Assembly: GCA_963712115.1 (NCBI GenBank)
Contig: CAVQGX010000007.1
Span: forward strand, 14,978-78,977
DNA from: an uncultured delta proteobacterium
GTDB lineage: Bacteria; Desulfobacterota; Syntrophobacteria; BM002
Direction of reading: 5' to 3'
DNA length: 64,000 nt
Positions within the stretch are counted from its first letter, which is position 1, and each line of letters opens with the position of its first letter. Below are positions 47,435-57,751 of this stretch, piece after piece. A program made the position numbers and the translations under genes. Under the pieces are notes generated by a model that did no database searches, was not told the DNA's origin, and was given only the letters and a program-made list of their open reading frames with translations.

Positions 47435-48049
47435 TCATTCTGGTTGCAAAAGATCTCTGACCCGCGGCAAAACAACCTGTCGACGGTAACGGGCAGCCAA
47501 GACGACAGCCTTCAGAGCCTCTGCCGCCTCATCGAGAACGTCGTTGATTATCAGATAGTCATACCAAGAGGCTTCCAAAAGCTCTCCCATGGCGTTCTCC
47601 AGCCTGGCCTCTATGTCCTCTCCTTGTTCGGTACCCCTCTCCAGAAGTCTTTTTTCCAGAGTCTCACGGTCGGGTGGCAAGACGAAAATGAAGCAAGCTT
47701 GGGGAAAATGGGCTTTGACCTGACGAGCACCCTGAACGTCAATTTCCAGAAGCACATCCCCGTTTTCCTTCAGTTGCCTCTCTAGCTGATTCACCGAGGT
47801 GCCATAATAGTTGCCGTGAACGAAAGCCCATTCCAAGAAAGCACCCGCTTCCCTCATGGCAAAAAAACTTTCCTCTGATACAAAGTGATAGTCCTTGCCC
47901 TCACTCTCTCCATGGCGCGGCGGTCTTGTGGTGTACGAGATCGAGTATGCGAGTTGAGGGAATTCCTTCCGCACATTTTCGCGCAAACTCGATTTTCCCA
48001 CCCCTGATGGTCCGGATAGCACGAAGAGTTGTCCGCTGGACTCCATCAC
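47435..48049 (-). CDS. gmk: guanylate kinase
   Basis: [40 protein letters not shown] motifs. Confidence 0.97.
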   Translation of the reverse strand: MMESSGQLFVLSGPSGVGKSSLRENVRKEFPQLAYSISYTTRPPRHGESEGKDYHFVSEESFFAMREAGAFLEWAFVHGNYYGTSVNQLERQLKENGDVLLEIDVQGARQVKAHFPQACFIFVLPPDRETLEKRLLERGTEQGEDIEARLENAMGELLEASWYDYLIINDVLDEAAEALKAVVLAARYRRQVVLPRVRDLLQPE

Positions 48050-48318
48050 TTTTTGCTATCGCCGTCCTTGCCGAGTGAATCAGCCATAAACCGTTGGGCA
48101 ATTGTCTCAGCCTGCACCCCGGACAATATGACATGATTGCTGTCGGTAATAATGATTGCCCGAGTACGGCGGCCCATGGTGGCATCAATAAGTTTCTTGG
48201 CCATCTTGGCATCTTCTTTCAAACGCTTCATTGGTGCAGATCCTGGGGAAACGATTGCAACCACCCGATCTGCCACCACCGTATTGCCAAAGCCGATGTT
48301 TAAAAGCTTTCCATCCAT
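48046..48318 (-). CDS. DUF370 / RemA family protein
   Basis: LLNIGFGN.V...R..AIV.P.SAP.KR, DAT.GRRTR, HVILS motifs; between yicC and gmk. Confidence 0.93.
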   Translation of the reverse strand: MDGKLLNIGFGNTVVADRVVAIVSPGSAPMKRLKEDAKMAKKLIDATMGRRTRAIIITDSNHVILSGVQAETIAQRFMADSLGKDGDSKK

Positions 48319-48391
48319 TTCAACCCCACCTTCTGGAAAATGGCTCCCTGAACCGATTGCCTCAGTAAATTAATTTAACTTGACCTGCAGC

Positions 48392-49273
48392 TTATTCGAC
48401 GTTCTGTAACTGTTCTCGAAACCTTTCAAGCTCCGTTTTCATCTGGATCACTTTTTGCCCAATCTCCACATCATTAGCCTTGGAGCCTATGGTGTTGATC
48501 TCACGGTGCATCTCCTGCAGGAGAAACTCCAACTGGCGCCCGCGGGGCCCGCTGGCCTTGAGTAAGGCCCTGAACTGCTGTACATGGCTTTTAAAGCGTA
48601 TCAACTCTTCGGTGATGTCGCTCTTTTCCGCCAAAATGGCAACCTCCTGAGCCAAGCGGGACTCATCCAGCTCCCCTTGGCCAAGAAGTTCCGCAATCCG
48701 CTTCTGTAATCGGTCGCGCACATCCAGAACAACAATAGGCGTCCGGCTTTCAACCTCACTGCCAAGGGTCTCCAGTTGATTCAACCGTTCATTGAAATCG
48801 GTCTGAATGGCGGAGCCCTCCTCCCTTCTCATCTTAATGCACTCTTTCACGCTCTGATCAAGAGCCTCTTCAATTAATTTCCATGCTTGTCCGCGACTCT
48901 CCTCATCTTCTTTAAAAACAAAGATGTCCCGAAAATGCAAAAGTGTATCCAAGCGCAGATCGGCCTCAAGGCCCAATTTATCTCGAAGATCGAAAAGTAA
49001 CCTTTTGTAAGTCTCAGCCAACTCCGTATCAACCGCGAGATGCTGCACTTTATCCAAGGTTTCATCTGCAACAACGTTTACCTCAATGCGTCCCCTGGAA
49101 AACTGAGCGCTAAGCTTCCGCTTTATCTCCTCCTCGAAGTCTGTGTATCTGCGAGGCAACTTTATGCGAATATCGTAAAAACGATGGTTAAGCGTACGTA
49201 ATTCTACGGTAAATCGATATCCGTCAGCCATGGCCTCGCCACGTCCAAAGGCAGTCATACTATGAAGCACCAT
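48392..49273 (-). CDS. yicC: YicC/YloC family endoribonuclease
   Basis: SMTAFGR, NHRF, RGRIE, DITEEL.R, GR.LEFLLQEM.RE.NTIGSK, REQ.QNVE motifs. Confidence 0.94.
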   Translation of the reverse strand: MVLHSMTAFGRGEAMADGYRFTVELRTLNHRFYDIRIKLPRRYTDFEEEIKRKLSAQFSRGRIEVNVVADETLDKVQHLAVDTELAETYKRLLFDLRDKLGLEADLRLDTLLHFRDIFVFKEDEESRGQAWKLIEEALDQSVKECIKMRREEGSAIQTDFNERLNQLETLGSEVESRTPIVVLDVRDRLQKRIAELLGQGELDESRLAQEVAILAEKSDITEELIRFKSHVQQFRALLKASGPRGRQLEFLLQEMHREINTIGSKANDVEIGQKVIQMKTELERFREQLQNVE

Positions 49274-49310
49274 TCCACCCCTTATTTGTCAACAAAATCT
49301 TTGAGTTGAG

Positions 49311-49456
49311 AACACAAAGGTCACAAAGCAATGTAATTTCAAATTGTTGATTGTAGATTGCAGATTGCGAGATCTTCCAGGTACTACTTGTGTCAATCTA
49401 CAATCTACAATCTCCAATCTCAAATATCCTTTGCCTTCTCTGTGCTCTCTGTGGTT
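49311..49456. repeat. composite fold-back element (copy 3 of the 12779 type), overlapping the 3' end of the DUF4416 gene
   Basis: aacacaaag ... gattgtagattgcagattg ... caatctacaatctacaatctccaatct ... ctctgtgctctctgtggtt. Confidence 0.85.
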
Positions 49457-49986
49457 TGTTCTGCTCTTCGCACTTGCAGCAAGTACTTCTCTCTCAAGGC
49501 CCGAAGCCAACGTCGGACTTCCGACTCTCCATAGTCCGGATAGGTCCAAGCCAGAGGCTGATAGTCTTTGTCACGGTAAATCAGGGTCAAATCCGCGTAG
49601 ATGCCTTTACTAAGGTAGATCCGATGTCCATAATTCTTGCCGCTGGCCAGCACCAATCGTTCGGCCACCAGGTAACCTGGATCAATATTAACAAGTCGGT
49701 TTCCCTCTTCGGTCTGCTCATCTTCGAACGCATTGGTCTGAACTTTGATCAAGGCTAAATCTTCCTGTCGGATCAGGCGATCAAAGCTGGCAAACCGGCG
49801 GAACAAGACTTCACCCATCTCTGCACAATAATAATCGGTGTAGTTGAATAGCAGCAATGGGCTAACAAAATCCAGTATGCCATAATGAGCGGCGAGTTCG
49901 GACAATGTTGCGTTTATGCGTTCCGCAGAAGAAGAAATCACGCTGACGAACAGCTTTGCCGGTTTCGGCTCCTGTGGAGTGCTCAT
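49420..49986 (-). CDS. DUF4416 family protein
   Basis: F.YTDYY..EMG, L..IK..TN..E, R.VNIDPGY, HRIYL..GIYA, WTYPDY motifs. Confidence 0.88.
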   Translation of the reverse strand: MSTPQEPKPAKLFVSVISSSAERINATLSELAAHYGILDFVSPLLLFNYTDYYCAEMGEVLFRRFASFDRLIRQEDLALIKVQTNAFEDEQTEEGNRLVNIDPGYLVAERLVLASGKNYGHRIYLSKGIYADLTLIYRDKDYQPLAWTYPDYGESEVRRWLRALREKYLLQVRRAEQTTESTEKAKDI

Positions 49987-50113
49987 GTAATTTCTATGAA
50001 GACTTGGTATTTGGTCTCAGACTTTTTACAGTCTTTTTGGATTATAAAGCTTTCAAAAAGCTTGCTTCGTTTCGTCGTAAGTGGAATGATGGGGCGAAGG
50101 CCCCAGGTTTTTT

Positions 50114-51424
50114 CTAAACATAACTCTGCCGGCCGACACAGACATAACGGAAACCAAGTCCGCGCATTTTTTCTGGCTCGTAGATGTTTCTGAGATCAAC
50201 TACTACTGGCTCTTTCAGGAGTTCGGCCATCCGCTTCCAATTGAGATTACGAAACTGGTTCCATTCGGTGATAATCACCAAGCCGTGAGCACCGAGCGCA
50301 GCGTCGTAGGCATCCTTGGCATAATACACGGATTTAAATATTTTCCGGGCTGCTTTCATCCCTGCCGGATCAAATACCCTAATTTTGGCCCCCTGCCTCT
50401 GCAAACCCCTAATAATCGTTATGGATGGAGCCTCGCGCATGTCGTCTGTATTAGGCTTAAAAGTAAGGCCAAGGATGGCAAGTACCTTCCCTTCCAACTC
50501 GCCTAAGGTGCTGCTGATTTTCTCTATCATCAGCTTTCGTTGGCGCTTGTTAACCCGTCTCACGGCCTTGACAATATCAAAGCTGTATCCGTGATCCCGG
50601 CCAATCCTCTCGATTGCCTTAATGTCTTTGGGAAAACAGGAACCACCAAAACCAGGGCCAGGATGGAGAAACTTCGGCCCTATTCGCCTATCCAAACCCA
50701 TGCCTTTGGCCACCTGGTGAACATCAGCACCCACTCGCTCACAGATATTGGCCATCTCATTGATAAACGAAACCTTGGTGGCAAGAAAGGCGTTCGAAGC
50801 GTATTTGATCATTTCAGAGGTTTGGACATCGGTGATGATAAAAGGGGTCTCGATAAGATAAAGGGGGCTGTAGAGATCCTTCAAGATGGCTACTGCCTGG
50901 TCACTCTTCGCTCCAAGCACCACCCGATTGGGCCGCATAAAATCCTCAATGGCTGAACCCTCTCTGAGAAATTCGGGATTGGAAACCACGTCAAAGGCAA
51001 CCTCGGACTTCCGCTCTTCCTCAATGATTTGACTTATTACTTGACTGGTGCCGACAGGTACAGTGCTTTTGGTGACAATTACCTTGTAGCCGTCCAGATT
51101 CTGGCCAATGGTCCCAGCCACCTCCCTTATATACTTGAGATCGGCCCTGCCATCAGGAGCAGAGGGAGTACCAACTGCAATGAAGACTACTAGGGCTTGC
51201 CGGATGGCACTGCCGGCCTCTGTGGTAAAAGTCAAGCGGCCTTCTTGGACATTCTTGGAAACAAGTTCCGTTAGGCCCGGCTCATAAAATGGTACCTCTC
51301 CTTTCTTCAATAGCTCGATTTTGCCTCCATCTTTGTCAACACAGGTAACATTGACACCAAACTCCGCAAAACAGGCACCAGTTACCAGGCCTACATATCC
51401 CACCCCAACCACGCATATATGCAT
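50114..51424 (-). CDS. ugd: UDP-glucose 6-dehydrogenase
   Basis: GVGYVGL, AVGTP, KSTVPVGT, SNPEFLREG, KYASNAFLA, GFGGSCFPKD, FKPNTDD.R motifs. Confidence 0.95.
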   Translation of the reverse strand: MHICVVGVGYVGLVTGACFAEFGVNVTCVDKDGGKIELLKKGEVPFYEPGLTELVSKNVQEGRLTFTTEAGSAIRQALVVFIAVGTPSAPDGRADLKYIREVAGTIGQNLDGYKVIVTKSTVPVGTSQVISQIIEEERKSEVAFDVVSNPEFLREGSAIEDFMRPNRVVLGAKSDQAVAILKDLYSPLYLIETPFIITDVQTSEMIKYASNAFLATKVSFINEMANICERVGADVHQVAKGMGLDRRIGPKFLHPGPGFGGSCFPKDIKAIERIGRDHGYSFDIVKAVRRVNKRQRKLMIEKISSTLGELEGKVLAILGLTFKPNTDDMREAPSITIIRGLQRQGAKIRVFDPAGMKAARKIFKSVYYAKDAYDAALGAHGLVIITEWNQFRNLNWKRMAELLKEPVVVDLRNIYEPEKMRGLGFRYVCVGRQSYV

Positions 51425-51442
51425 CAGTATTGCTCCTCAGAT

Positions 51443-52450
51443 CTATCTTCGTTCCACAGCAGTGTCAATCAGGACCTCTTTTAGTCTAGAGGCTGCAACC
51501 GTAGCCGTACCAACCTCGCCAACCACGATCCCAGCAGCCAGATTTGCTAGTACGGCGGCCTGACTGGGAGTCAGACCGGCTGCTAAAGCCAAAGTGAAGG
51601 TTGCTATAACAGTGTCACCTGCTCCAGATACGTCAAAGACCTTTCTGGCCACCGTGGGGATTTGAGTTGTCTGCCCGTTGCCCTCAAATAGCGTCATCCC
51701 CTTATCTCCCTGGGTGATAAGGACCATCTGACAGCCGAGTTCTTCGAGCAGACGGGCTCCAGTTCGCCTGAGGCTCTGGTCGTCTTCTATTTGAATTCCG
51801 GACATTTGCTGAGCTTCATAATTGTTGGGAGTGATAAGAGTAACATCTTTGTATAACGCCAAGTTCCGCACTGTGGGATCCACTGCTAAGATAAACTGAT
51901 TATCTTGGCTTAGAGAGCGGATGCCGTCCATAAGGCTCCGAGTCACAACACCCTTACCATAGTCGGCAACCACAATCGCATCGCTCTCATTTATCTCCTC
52001 TTTGAGGGTGGCGAGAATCCTGCCGATGCTCTTCTCATCCACAGGCTTCCGCTCCTCGCGATCAACCCTTACAACTTGCTGAGAGTGGGCCACCACTCGC
52101 GTTTTCATAGTGGTGGGTCTGCTATTCTCAACCACTAGTCCGTCAGTGATATTATTAAGCTTGCCCACAATACGCGTCAGCTTTTTCCCCATCGAGTCAT
52201 TACCTACAACACCGCAAAGTAAAGCTTGACCTCCTAGAGCAAGGATGTTGTTTACAACGTTACCTGCCCCCCCTAGCATATGAGACTGTCTCTCTACTTC
52301 TACAACCGGCACAGGTGCCTCGGGTGAAATTCTATCAACGCGGCCCCAAAGGAACTCGTCCATAATCACATCTCCCACTACCGTTATCCGGCAAGATGTG
52401 AACCTGTCTATACCATTGGAGAGAGCCTTGGAATCATAAGCGGGTGACAT
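51443..52450 (-). CDS. rfaE1: D-glycero-beta-D-manno-heptose-7-phosphate kinase
   Basis: RISPEAPVPVV, GGAGNV, TT.KTR, DYGKG, TPN..EA, VFDVSGAGDTV motifs. Confidence 0.94.
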   Translation of the reverse strand: MSPAYDSKALSNGIDRFTSCRITVVGDVIMDEFLWGRVDRISPEAPVPVVEVERQSHMLGGAGNVVNNILALGGQALLCGVVGNDSMGKKLTRIVGKLNNITDGLVVENSRPTTMKTRVVAHSQQVVRVDREERKPVDEKSIGRILATLKEEINESDAIVVADYGKGVVTRSLMDGIRSLSQDNQFILAVDPTVRNLALYKDVTLITPNNYEAQQMSGIQIEDDQSLRRTGARLLEELGCQMVLITQGDKGMTLFEGNGQTTQIPTVARKVFDVSGAGDTVIATFTLALAAGLTPSQAAVLANLAAGIVVGEVGTATVAASRLKEVLIDTAVERR

Positions 52451-52590
52451 GTGTGGAATCTACCTTGTAAAAATTACGCTGGCTGCACCTGAATATAGCA
52501 CAGCATTGCAAGGAAGCCAGCACTTTTTTGCTAGGTCCAAGAGGTTAGCTCCAGAGGGCTTAGTAAGAGTCAAAGGCTGTGCCATTCGTC

Positions 52591-52711
52591 AAATTTCGGA
52601 TTGTAGACTTCGGATTTCGGATGCAAAATAATAAAATACAAATCTAGAGCTAAATTAGAATTCCGCAATCCCCATTCCCAAATCCGCGATCTTGTTGCTC
52701 CATTACTCCAA
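52591..52711. repeat. fold-back heptamer array plus octamer remnant
   Basis: atttcgg-attgtag-acttcgg-atttcgg ... attccgc-aatcccc-attccca-aatccgc. Confidence 0.7.
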
Positions 52712-52834
52712 AAACCAGCCCGGGTGGGTGGGAGCTTAAACCTCCTCTGGGGATCTCGCACAGAGACGCGTTCCATGGACCTGTAAGTGCTTGGTCATTT
52801 ACAAACTAACGTGCTTCAATTACACTTTGGCCTT

Positions 52835-54007
52835 ATGCGACGGACCTTGTTTAGATATTTTTTGGTTGAGGAGGCCATTCCATTCTTCGTCAGCCTATTG
52901 GTTCTGACCCTTGTTTTATTTCTGGGCAAGACCATGCGCTACACCAAGTTGCTTTTTATTACTGGGTCCGGTCTGGCTGAATTCGGCAAACTCCTGCTTT
53001 ATTTGATTCCGTACTTGTTGGCCTTCACTATTCCTATGGCCACCCTCATGGCCACTCTTCTCGCTTTCGCCAGATTGGCGCATGACAATGAACTCACCGC
53101 CATGAAGGCTGCTGGCATCAGTTTCTATCAGACAATTCCTCCAGTGGCCTTGCTGACGGGGCTTGCTTGTTTGGTCACCCTGGCTCTCTCCAATTTTGTT
53201 CTTCCACATGCCAACAGCGCCTTCAAGCGCGCCGTCCTTGAAATGGCGCGGTCCAGAGGCCAGTTGATTCTCAAAGAGCGGATCTTTAATGATCAATTCG
53301 CAGGCCTGGTTTTTTTCATTAACAGCATCTCTCCTGATGGCAATCATTTACGAAAGGTATTTATTTCAGACAGTCGATCACCTGAAACTAATAGCTCGAT
53401 TATTGCCGAAGAAGGTTTTGTAATCCACTCGCCCAGCGGCAACCGAATGACCCTGAGGCTCCTTCGGGGGCGGATCTTTCGGGTGGCAGCTGAGAGGCAG
53501 AGCCTGCAAACCATCCGCTTCCAAAATTATGACTTTAACCTTGATTTGGACTCTTTTGCTTTAGGTGATAAGGAATTTCGCAAGGCGGAACGGCACCTTG
53601 GCTTTACTGAATTAAGACAGGCACTGGCTGCAGCTATAGTCGGTTCAAAGGAACACAACAGGCTATCCTATGAATTCCACAGACGCTTATCCCTCCCCTT
53701 CGCTTGTATTGTTTTAGGGTTTCTTGCTGCGCCTTTGAGCGTTCAATCCAGAACCGGATCCCGACTCTCCGGAGTGGTTCTTGGTATTCTTCTTTTCTTG
53801 CTCTACTATGTTTTCGTCTCAGCCGCCAAGGCCCTGGGGGAAGGAGGATCATATCCACCTGCCATCGGCCTATGGTTGCCAAATGTCATTTTTTCTACCC
53901 TTGCAGTCGTTTTGTGGATCAAAACCGCAAGGGAGTCCCCATTCAAGCCAATTGTCGTTGTTCAGAGAATTGTGGGGCTGGCTACTTCTCGGATCAAATT
54001 AGGTTGA
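52835..54007 (+). CDS. lptF: LPS export ABC transporter permease LptF (no adjacent lptG)
   Basis: TL.RY...E, TIPMA.L...L..F.RL..DNELTAMKAAG, EFHRR.SLPFAC, WLPN motifs. Confidence 0.85.
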   Translation: MRRTLFRYFLVEEAIPFFVSLLVLTLVLFLGKTMRYTKLLFITGSGLAEFGKLLLYLIPYLLAFTIPMATLMATLLAFARLAHDNELTAMKAAGISFYQTIPPVALLTGLACLVTLALSNFVLPHANSAFKRAVLEMARSRGQLILKERIFNDQFAGLVFFINSISPDGNHLRKVFISDSRSPETNSSIIAEEGFVIHSPSGNRMTLRLLRGRIFRVAAERQSLQTIRFQNYDFNLDLDSFALGDKEFRKAERHLGFTELRQALAAAIVGSKEHNRLSYEFHRRLSLPFACIVLGFLAAPLSVQSRTGSRLSGVVLGILLFLLYYVFVSAAKALGEGGSYPPAIGLWLPNVIFSTLAVVLWIKTARESPFKPIVVVQRIVGLATSRIKLG

Positions 54008-54169
54008 AGATACAGCGCAGTGTAAACTTTGCATTATCGTCCAACCCATGGCCCAGGTTAAAGAAAGAAATCGACCCCAAAGCGGCCGGCTTTGAGCTGC
54101 TCTTTCCTCTGTGCCCAACTCTGCTTCTGAACAGGCCCCAAGGGCCAGGCTTTCTTTGGCGAACAAAAA

Positions 54170-55225
54170 ATGATTCTAGAACCTGATAAAATACACTCGA
54201 TTTTAGTTTTAATGATGGATAGACACCTGGGAAATTTCTTAGTTTCTTTGTCATCTATCGTCGCATTCCAAAAATACTTTCAAAACAAAAAATGCTATTT
54301 CGCCTTTGACAGTAATTACAGAGAGGTTGTTGAAAGCGTCCATGGTTTAAACAACATAATCTCTTTTCCCAGAAGAGAAATATACAAAAGTGGGCTGATA
54401 AAACGAATATTACTATATCTGAGGTTTATCAATAGTCTTAGAAGTACAGATTGCGATGTCGCAATTGACTTACAGGGAGGAAACGCTTCTTCTATTGCAA
54501 GCTTCTTGTCAGGTGCATCACGCCGCCTGAGTAATTCTAGTGCCAGAAGACCTTATATTTACAATATAAAGATCGACCTCCCAGTAGGTGAGCACAAGGT
54601 TCGCAGTTATACGAAGATTGCTGAGGCCTTAGGGGCCACCATAGACGAACCACACTATCGACTATACCCTTCGAACCGCAGAACAGAGTCACTAAACAAG
54701 ATACTCGAACTTCACAGAATAGCCTCCCATAGACCGATTATCTCTGTACACGCCGGCGCCGGCAATATTCACAAGCAATGGACCACAGATGGATTTGTGG
54801 CGATTGCGGACTGGCTTGCCTCAAAAGACTTCCAGGTCATCTTGGTTGGATCTGATCGAGATTTAGATAAGATTGAGGCAATAATGACCAGATTGAGTCA
54901 TAAAGCTTACAATCTCGGGGGGGCCTTGTCTCTCGGCGAGTTGATGGCCCTTTTTCACATGAGTTCACTTTTCTTGGGAAATGACAGTGGTCCCATGCAC
55001 CTGGCTGCAGCCATGGGAACGCCCCTGGTGGGTTTGTTCGGTCCAGTTGATGAGAGGAGATGGGGGCCCCTCTCTGCCAACTCTATCGTTTTGAGAGGTG
55101 AGGAGGCTTGTGAAGACTGTAGGGAGAAGCGCAAAGATTGTCATGACTTCCCCTGCATAACCACGCTGAAGCCAGACAAGGTGAAAAAAGCGATCAGCGA
55201 GCTGCTAGCAGCTGGACAGGACTAA
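54170..55225 (+). CDS. glycosyltransferase family 9 (heptosyltransferase-like)
   Basis: D.AIDLQG, H.GA...K.W, SL.EL.AL, GNDSGPMHLAAA.GTP.VGLFGP motifs. Confidence 0.9.
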   Translation: MILEPDKIHSILVLMMDRHLGNFLVSLSSIVAFQKYFQNKKCYFAFDSNYREVVESVHGLNNIISFPRREIYKSGLIKRILLYLRFINSLRSTDCDVAIDLQGGNASSIASFLSGASRRLSNSSARRPYIYNIKIDLPVGEHKVRSYTKIAEALGATIDEPHYRLYPSNRRTESLNKILELHRIASHRPIISVHAGAGNIHKQWTTDGFVAIADWLASKDFQVILVGSDRDLDKIEAIMTRLSHKAYNLGGALSLGELMALFHMSSLFLGNDSGPMHLAAAMGTPLVGLFGPVDERRWGPLSANSIVLRGEEACEDCREKRKDCHDFPCITTLKPDKVKKAISELLAAGQD

Positions 55226-55281
55226 ACCATCATTTCATTCGCTCGTCTCGCCCGACCTCCCGTCTCGCCGAGCAGTGCGAA

Positions 55282-56241
55282 TTAACGAAATCCTCCCTTG
55301 CGGTATAATCGCCAAGAAAGTATGCACACCGCCAGCAGGGGATGGCGTTTTAGCCGTGGAGTCCACTCAACCCTGACCCCAGAGTGCCGCTCTATTTTCC
55401 ACTGGATGTAGTCCACCCCTCCCTCGAAAGTAAAAACCGCTTTGGCGAGGCGCAAAATTGAAAGCACTTTTCCCTGGAGCCTCCTCAAAGTCCAAGCCAA
55501 ATGGCTGCGGTACCGAACCTGGTTTGGAATGTGGGCGTGATAAAGGAAGCCATCTGGTTCAGCAAAAGTCTCCACCTTAAAGGGAACGGAAAACATGGCA
55601 GCGCGGGTAACTTGTGCATAGTATTCTGGAGCAGCGTCAACCAGATAAACGAGTTTATCAGGTTTTTCTGACCTGAGTTCCGCCCTATAGCTGAGCAAAA
55701 GTCCATGGTGCCACAAATCTCGAGCTGTAAACCTCTCCTCTACACCTGGCATTACACGGGTAATAAAAGTAATAACAGCCTGAGCCAGCGCCATTTGCAC
55801 CTGTTTTTCCACCTGGTTGTTACGTGCGTACAGCAGCCCGGCAGGTTGGGCAAATCTTCCCCACAGGTAGGAGTGGAACCATTGCTTCGAGGTGCCCCTC
55901 TGTAAGTCTTTGAGGGAGAGAACAGCGTACTTTGTGCGCACCACGCGATCTTGCACGGGCAATTCCAGATAGAACACATTGGGTGGTAGTAGCTTGTTGG
56001 CCATGGCCTGTAAACGATTTGGCAAAGCGGCGCGGTAGCTATCTACTATGACGTACAGGTCAACCAGTCCGTCGGTATCATCACCCGTGCGAAAACATGA
56101 ACCATAGAAAAGGATTGCTTGGGTAGCCTCGCCATAGCGGTTCAGAAGCACCTCCGCCAGGGCACGCACTCCATCCGGAGCCTCCCGAGAGGATTCTTGT
56201 CGAATCAAGGTGATTAGGTTCGATGGCACTGTCACGGTCAC
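55282..56241 (-). CDS. Tam41/Mmp37-like cytidylyltransferase (CpgC-like)
   Basis: FYGSC, DLYVIVD, PPNVFY, KYAVLS, YLWGRFAQP, SYRAELR motifs. Confidence 0.72.
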   Translation of the reverse strand: MTVTVPSNLITLIRQESSREAPDGVRALAEVLLNRYGEATQAILFYGSCFRTGDDTDGLVDLYVIVDSYRAALPNRLQAMANKLLPPNVFYLELPVQDRVVRTKYAVLSLKDLQRGTSKQWFHSYLWGRFAQPAGLLYARNNQVEKQVQMALAQAVITFITRVMPGVEERFTARDLWHHGLLLSYRAELRSEKPDKLVYLVDAAPEYYAQVTRAAMFSVPFKVETFAEPDGFLYHAHIPNQVRYRSHLAWTLRRLQGKVLSILRLAKAVFTFEGGVDYIQWKIERHSGVRVEWTPRLKRHPLLAVCILSWRLYRKGGFR

Positions 56242-57251
56242 AATCTCAGAAATGAGGCCTTACCGCCATTTTGGACAACAACTGGTCCGAGGTGAGCTTT
56301 CGCCTCGAAAAGCTCACCGTCGAGGGTGAATCCACTATTTAGGCTTAGCCGGACTCGCTCTACATTATGGCTAACGTAGCCATTTTTTGCGGTCCCGTAA
56401 CGGTTCGTCCGACCACGTATCAGAGCCGGCAGTGCCCGCAACAGGTATCGAGGCTGCGAATCGACCGCAGTGTAATGCAAAGGCCCGTCTTCTTTGCCCC
56501 AATAAGGACGCAGACCAAGAAATAGCCGCTCCAGTCCAGTAATCATTAGCAGAAACCAGTCCCTCTGTTCGGGCGGATTGTCATCCAACCCCACGGTGAT
56601 AGGCACGGGAGCAACATGGGTAGTGCCCCTTACTGCAACGGCCAGGAGAAACAAAGCAATAGTCAACCCTGGAGCCCACTCTCCCCTAAAACCAGGCCGG
56701 TTCAGCTTGTTGTTGCAAAACTGGATTCCCTGATAAATACTGGCCGTCCCCAAAAACATCCCGTAAACGGGTTCCACATTGGGAGCCGCCTGGACACGCA
56801 AAACCGGGCGTTGTAGATGAACCACCTCGCCCTTCCCGTCACAGGCCCATGTCAATAGCTTTCGTAACCCTTGAGCCCGAGATCCTTTCAGACCCACATC
56901 CCCAGCGGTCATACTTGTTGTGCCGGCTCGCAAAACTGCCAGAAGCGGCAGTCTTTCAAAAGGACTTTGGTGGTATAGAACCGTTAGCGCCGCCTGAATA
57001 GTGCCGTCGCCACCGTTTATTGCGACCACATTCACCTCTTGGCGAGCAAAATCGGCCAAGGCTGATGCCACATCGGCTGGAGTCTGGACATCACGATCCG
57101 ATACTTGCGGGTAGGCCGCCAAAACCTCCCGGACGGTCCCTAGCCCTTTCCGGTTGGCGCCGCTGAGAGGGTTATTTAATACCCCTACGCGCAGAGGTCT
57201 GGCAGGTGCCGAAATGCGTTGTGAATGGTCGCTAAGCTTCCTCTCCGCCAC
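56238..57251 (-). CDS. diacylglycerol/sphingosine kinase family protein (ceramide kinase CpgB-like)
   Basis: NPLSG, INGGDGT, AGTTSMTA.D.G, FTLDGE motifs. Confidence 0.82.
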   Translation of the reverse strand: MAERKLSDHSQRISAPARPLRVGVLNNPLSGANRKGLGTVREVLAAYPQVSDRDVQTPADVASALADFARQEVNVVAINGGDGTIQAALTVLYHQSPFERLPLLAVLRAGTTSMTAGDVGLKGSRAQGLRKLLTWACDGKGEVVHLQRPVLRVQAAPNVEPVYGMFLGTASIYQGIQFCNNKLNRPGFRGEWAPGLTIALFLLAVAVRGTTHVAPVPITVGLDDNPPEQRDWFLLMITGLERLFLGLRPYWGKEDGPLHYTAVDSQPRYLLRALPALIRGRTNRYGTAKNGYVSHNVERVRLSLNSGFTLDGELFEAKAHLGPVVVQNGGKASFLRL

Positions 57252-57506
57252 CCTTAGCCCTTCCTAGTACAAAAGAAAAGTGAAAATCCAACCACATAGG
57301 AGTTCTGCCTTGACTTCACCCCGCTCAAATAAAACTTGTCCCAAGTGGATTAGTGACTGTAATGAGGACCCCATTATCCTTGGGAACCTTAAGCATACGT
57401 GGCAAAAAATGAACTGGTATTGTATATTAGACCCACGAATTCTGTAAAGCCCAGTGACTATAGATGCAACTTCACCTATGATCTTTAACTGGTCAATGGC
57501 GGATTT

Positions 57507-57724
57507 AACCACAGAGAACACGGGGAAAATAAATCCGAAATCCTAATATCGAAATCCTAAACAAATTCAAATTCTCAAAATCCAAATGACCAAAACTTTA
57601 AAATCATATATTGATTCCATGTTGTTTTGAACATTGGAGAATTTGAAATTCGGATTTGTTTCGTGCTTAGGATTTAGGATTTCGAATTTAGTGGCAACTA
57701 CGCTACTCCTAGGTCTCTGTAGTT
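57507..57724. repeat. composite fold-back element (AAATTCGAAATCCTAAAT family, copy 2)
   Basis: aaccacagag outer arm; aaatccgaaatcctaatatcgaaatcctaaacaaat ... atttgtttcgtgcttaggatttaggatttcgaattt. Confidence 0.85.
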
Positions 57725-57751
57725 TAATTCCTAGCCTTATGACCGCTCACT

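Noticed and set aside
49289-49613. Short ORFs containing IVDCRL / LQSTI-type peptides (also 45762-46016, 57634-57828 and 60049-60243)
   Set aside because: They are translations of the heptamer arrays, not genes.
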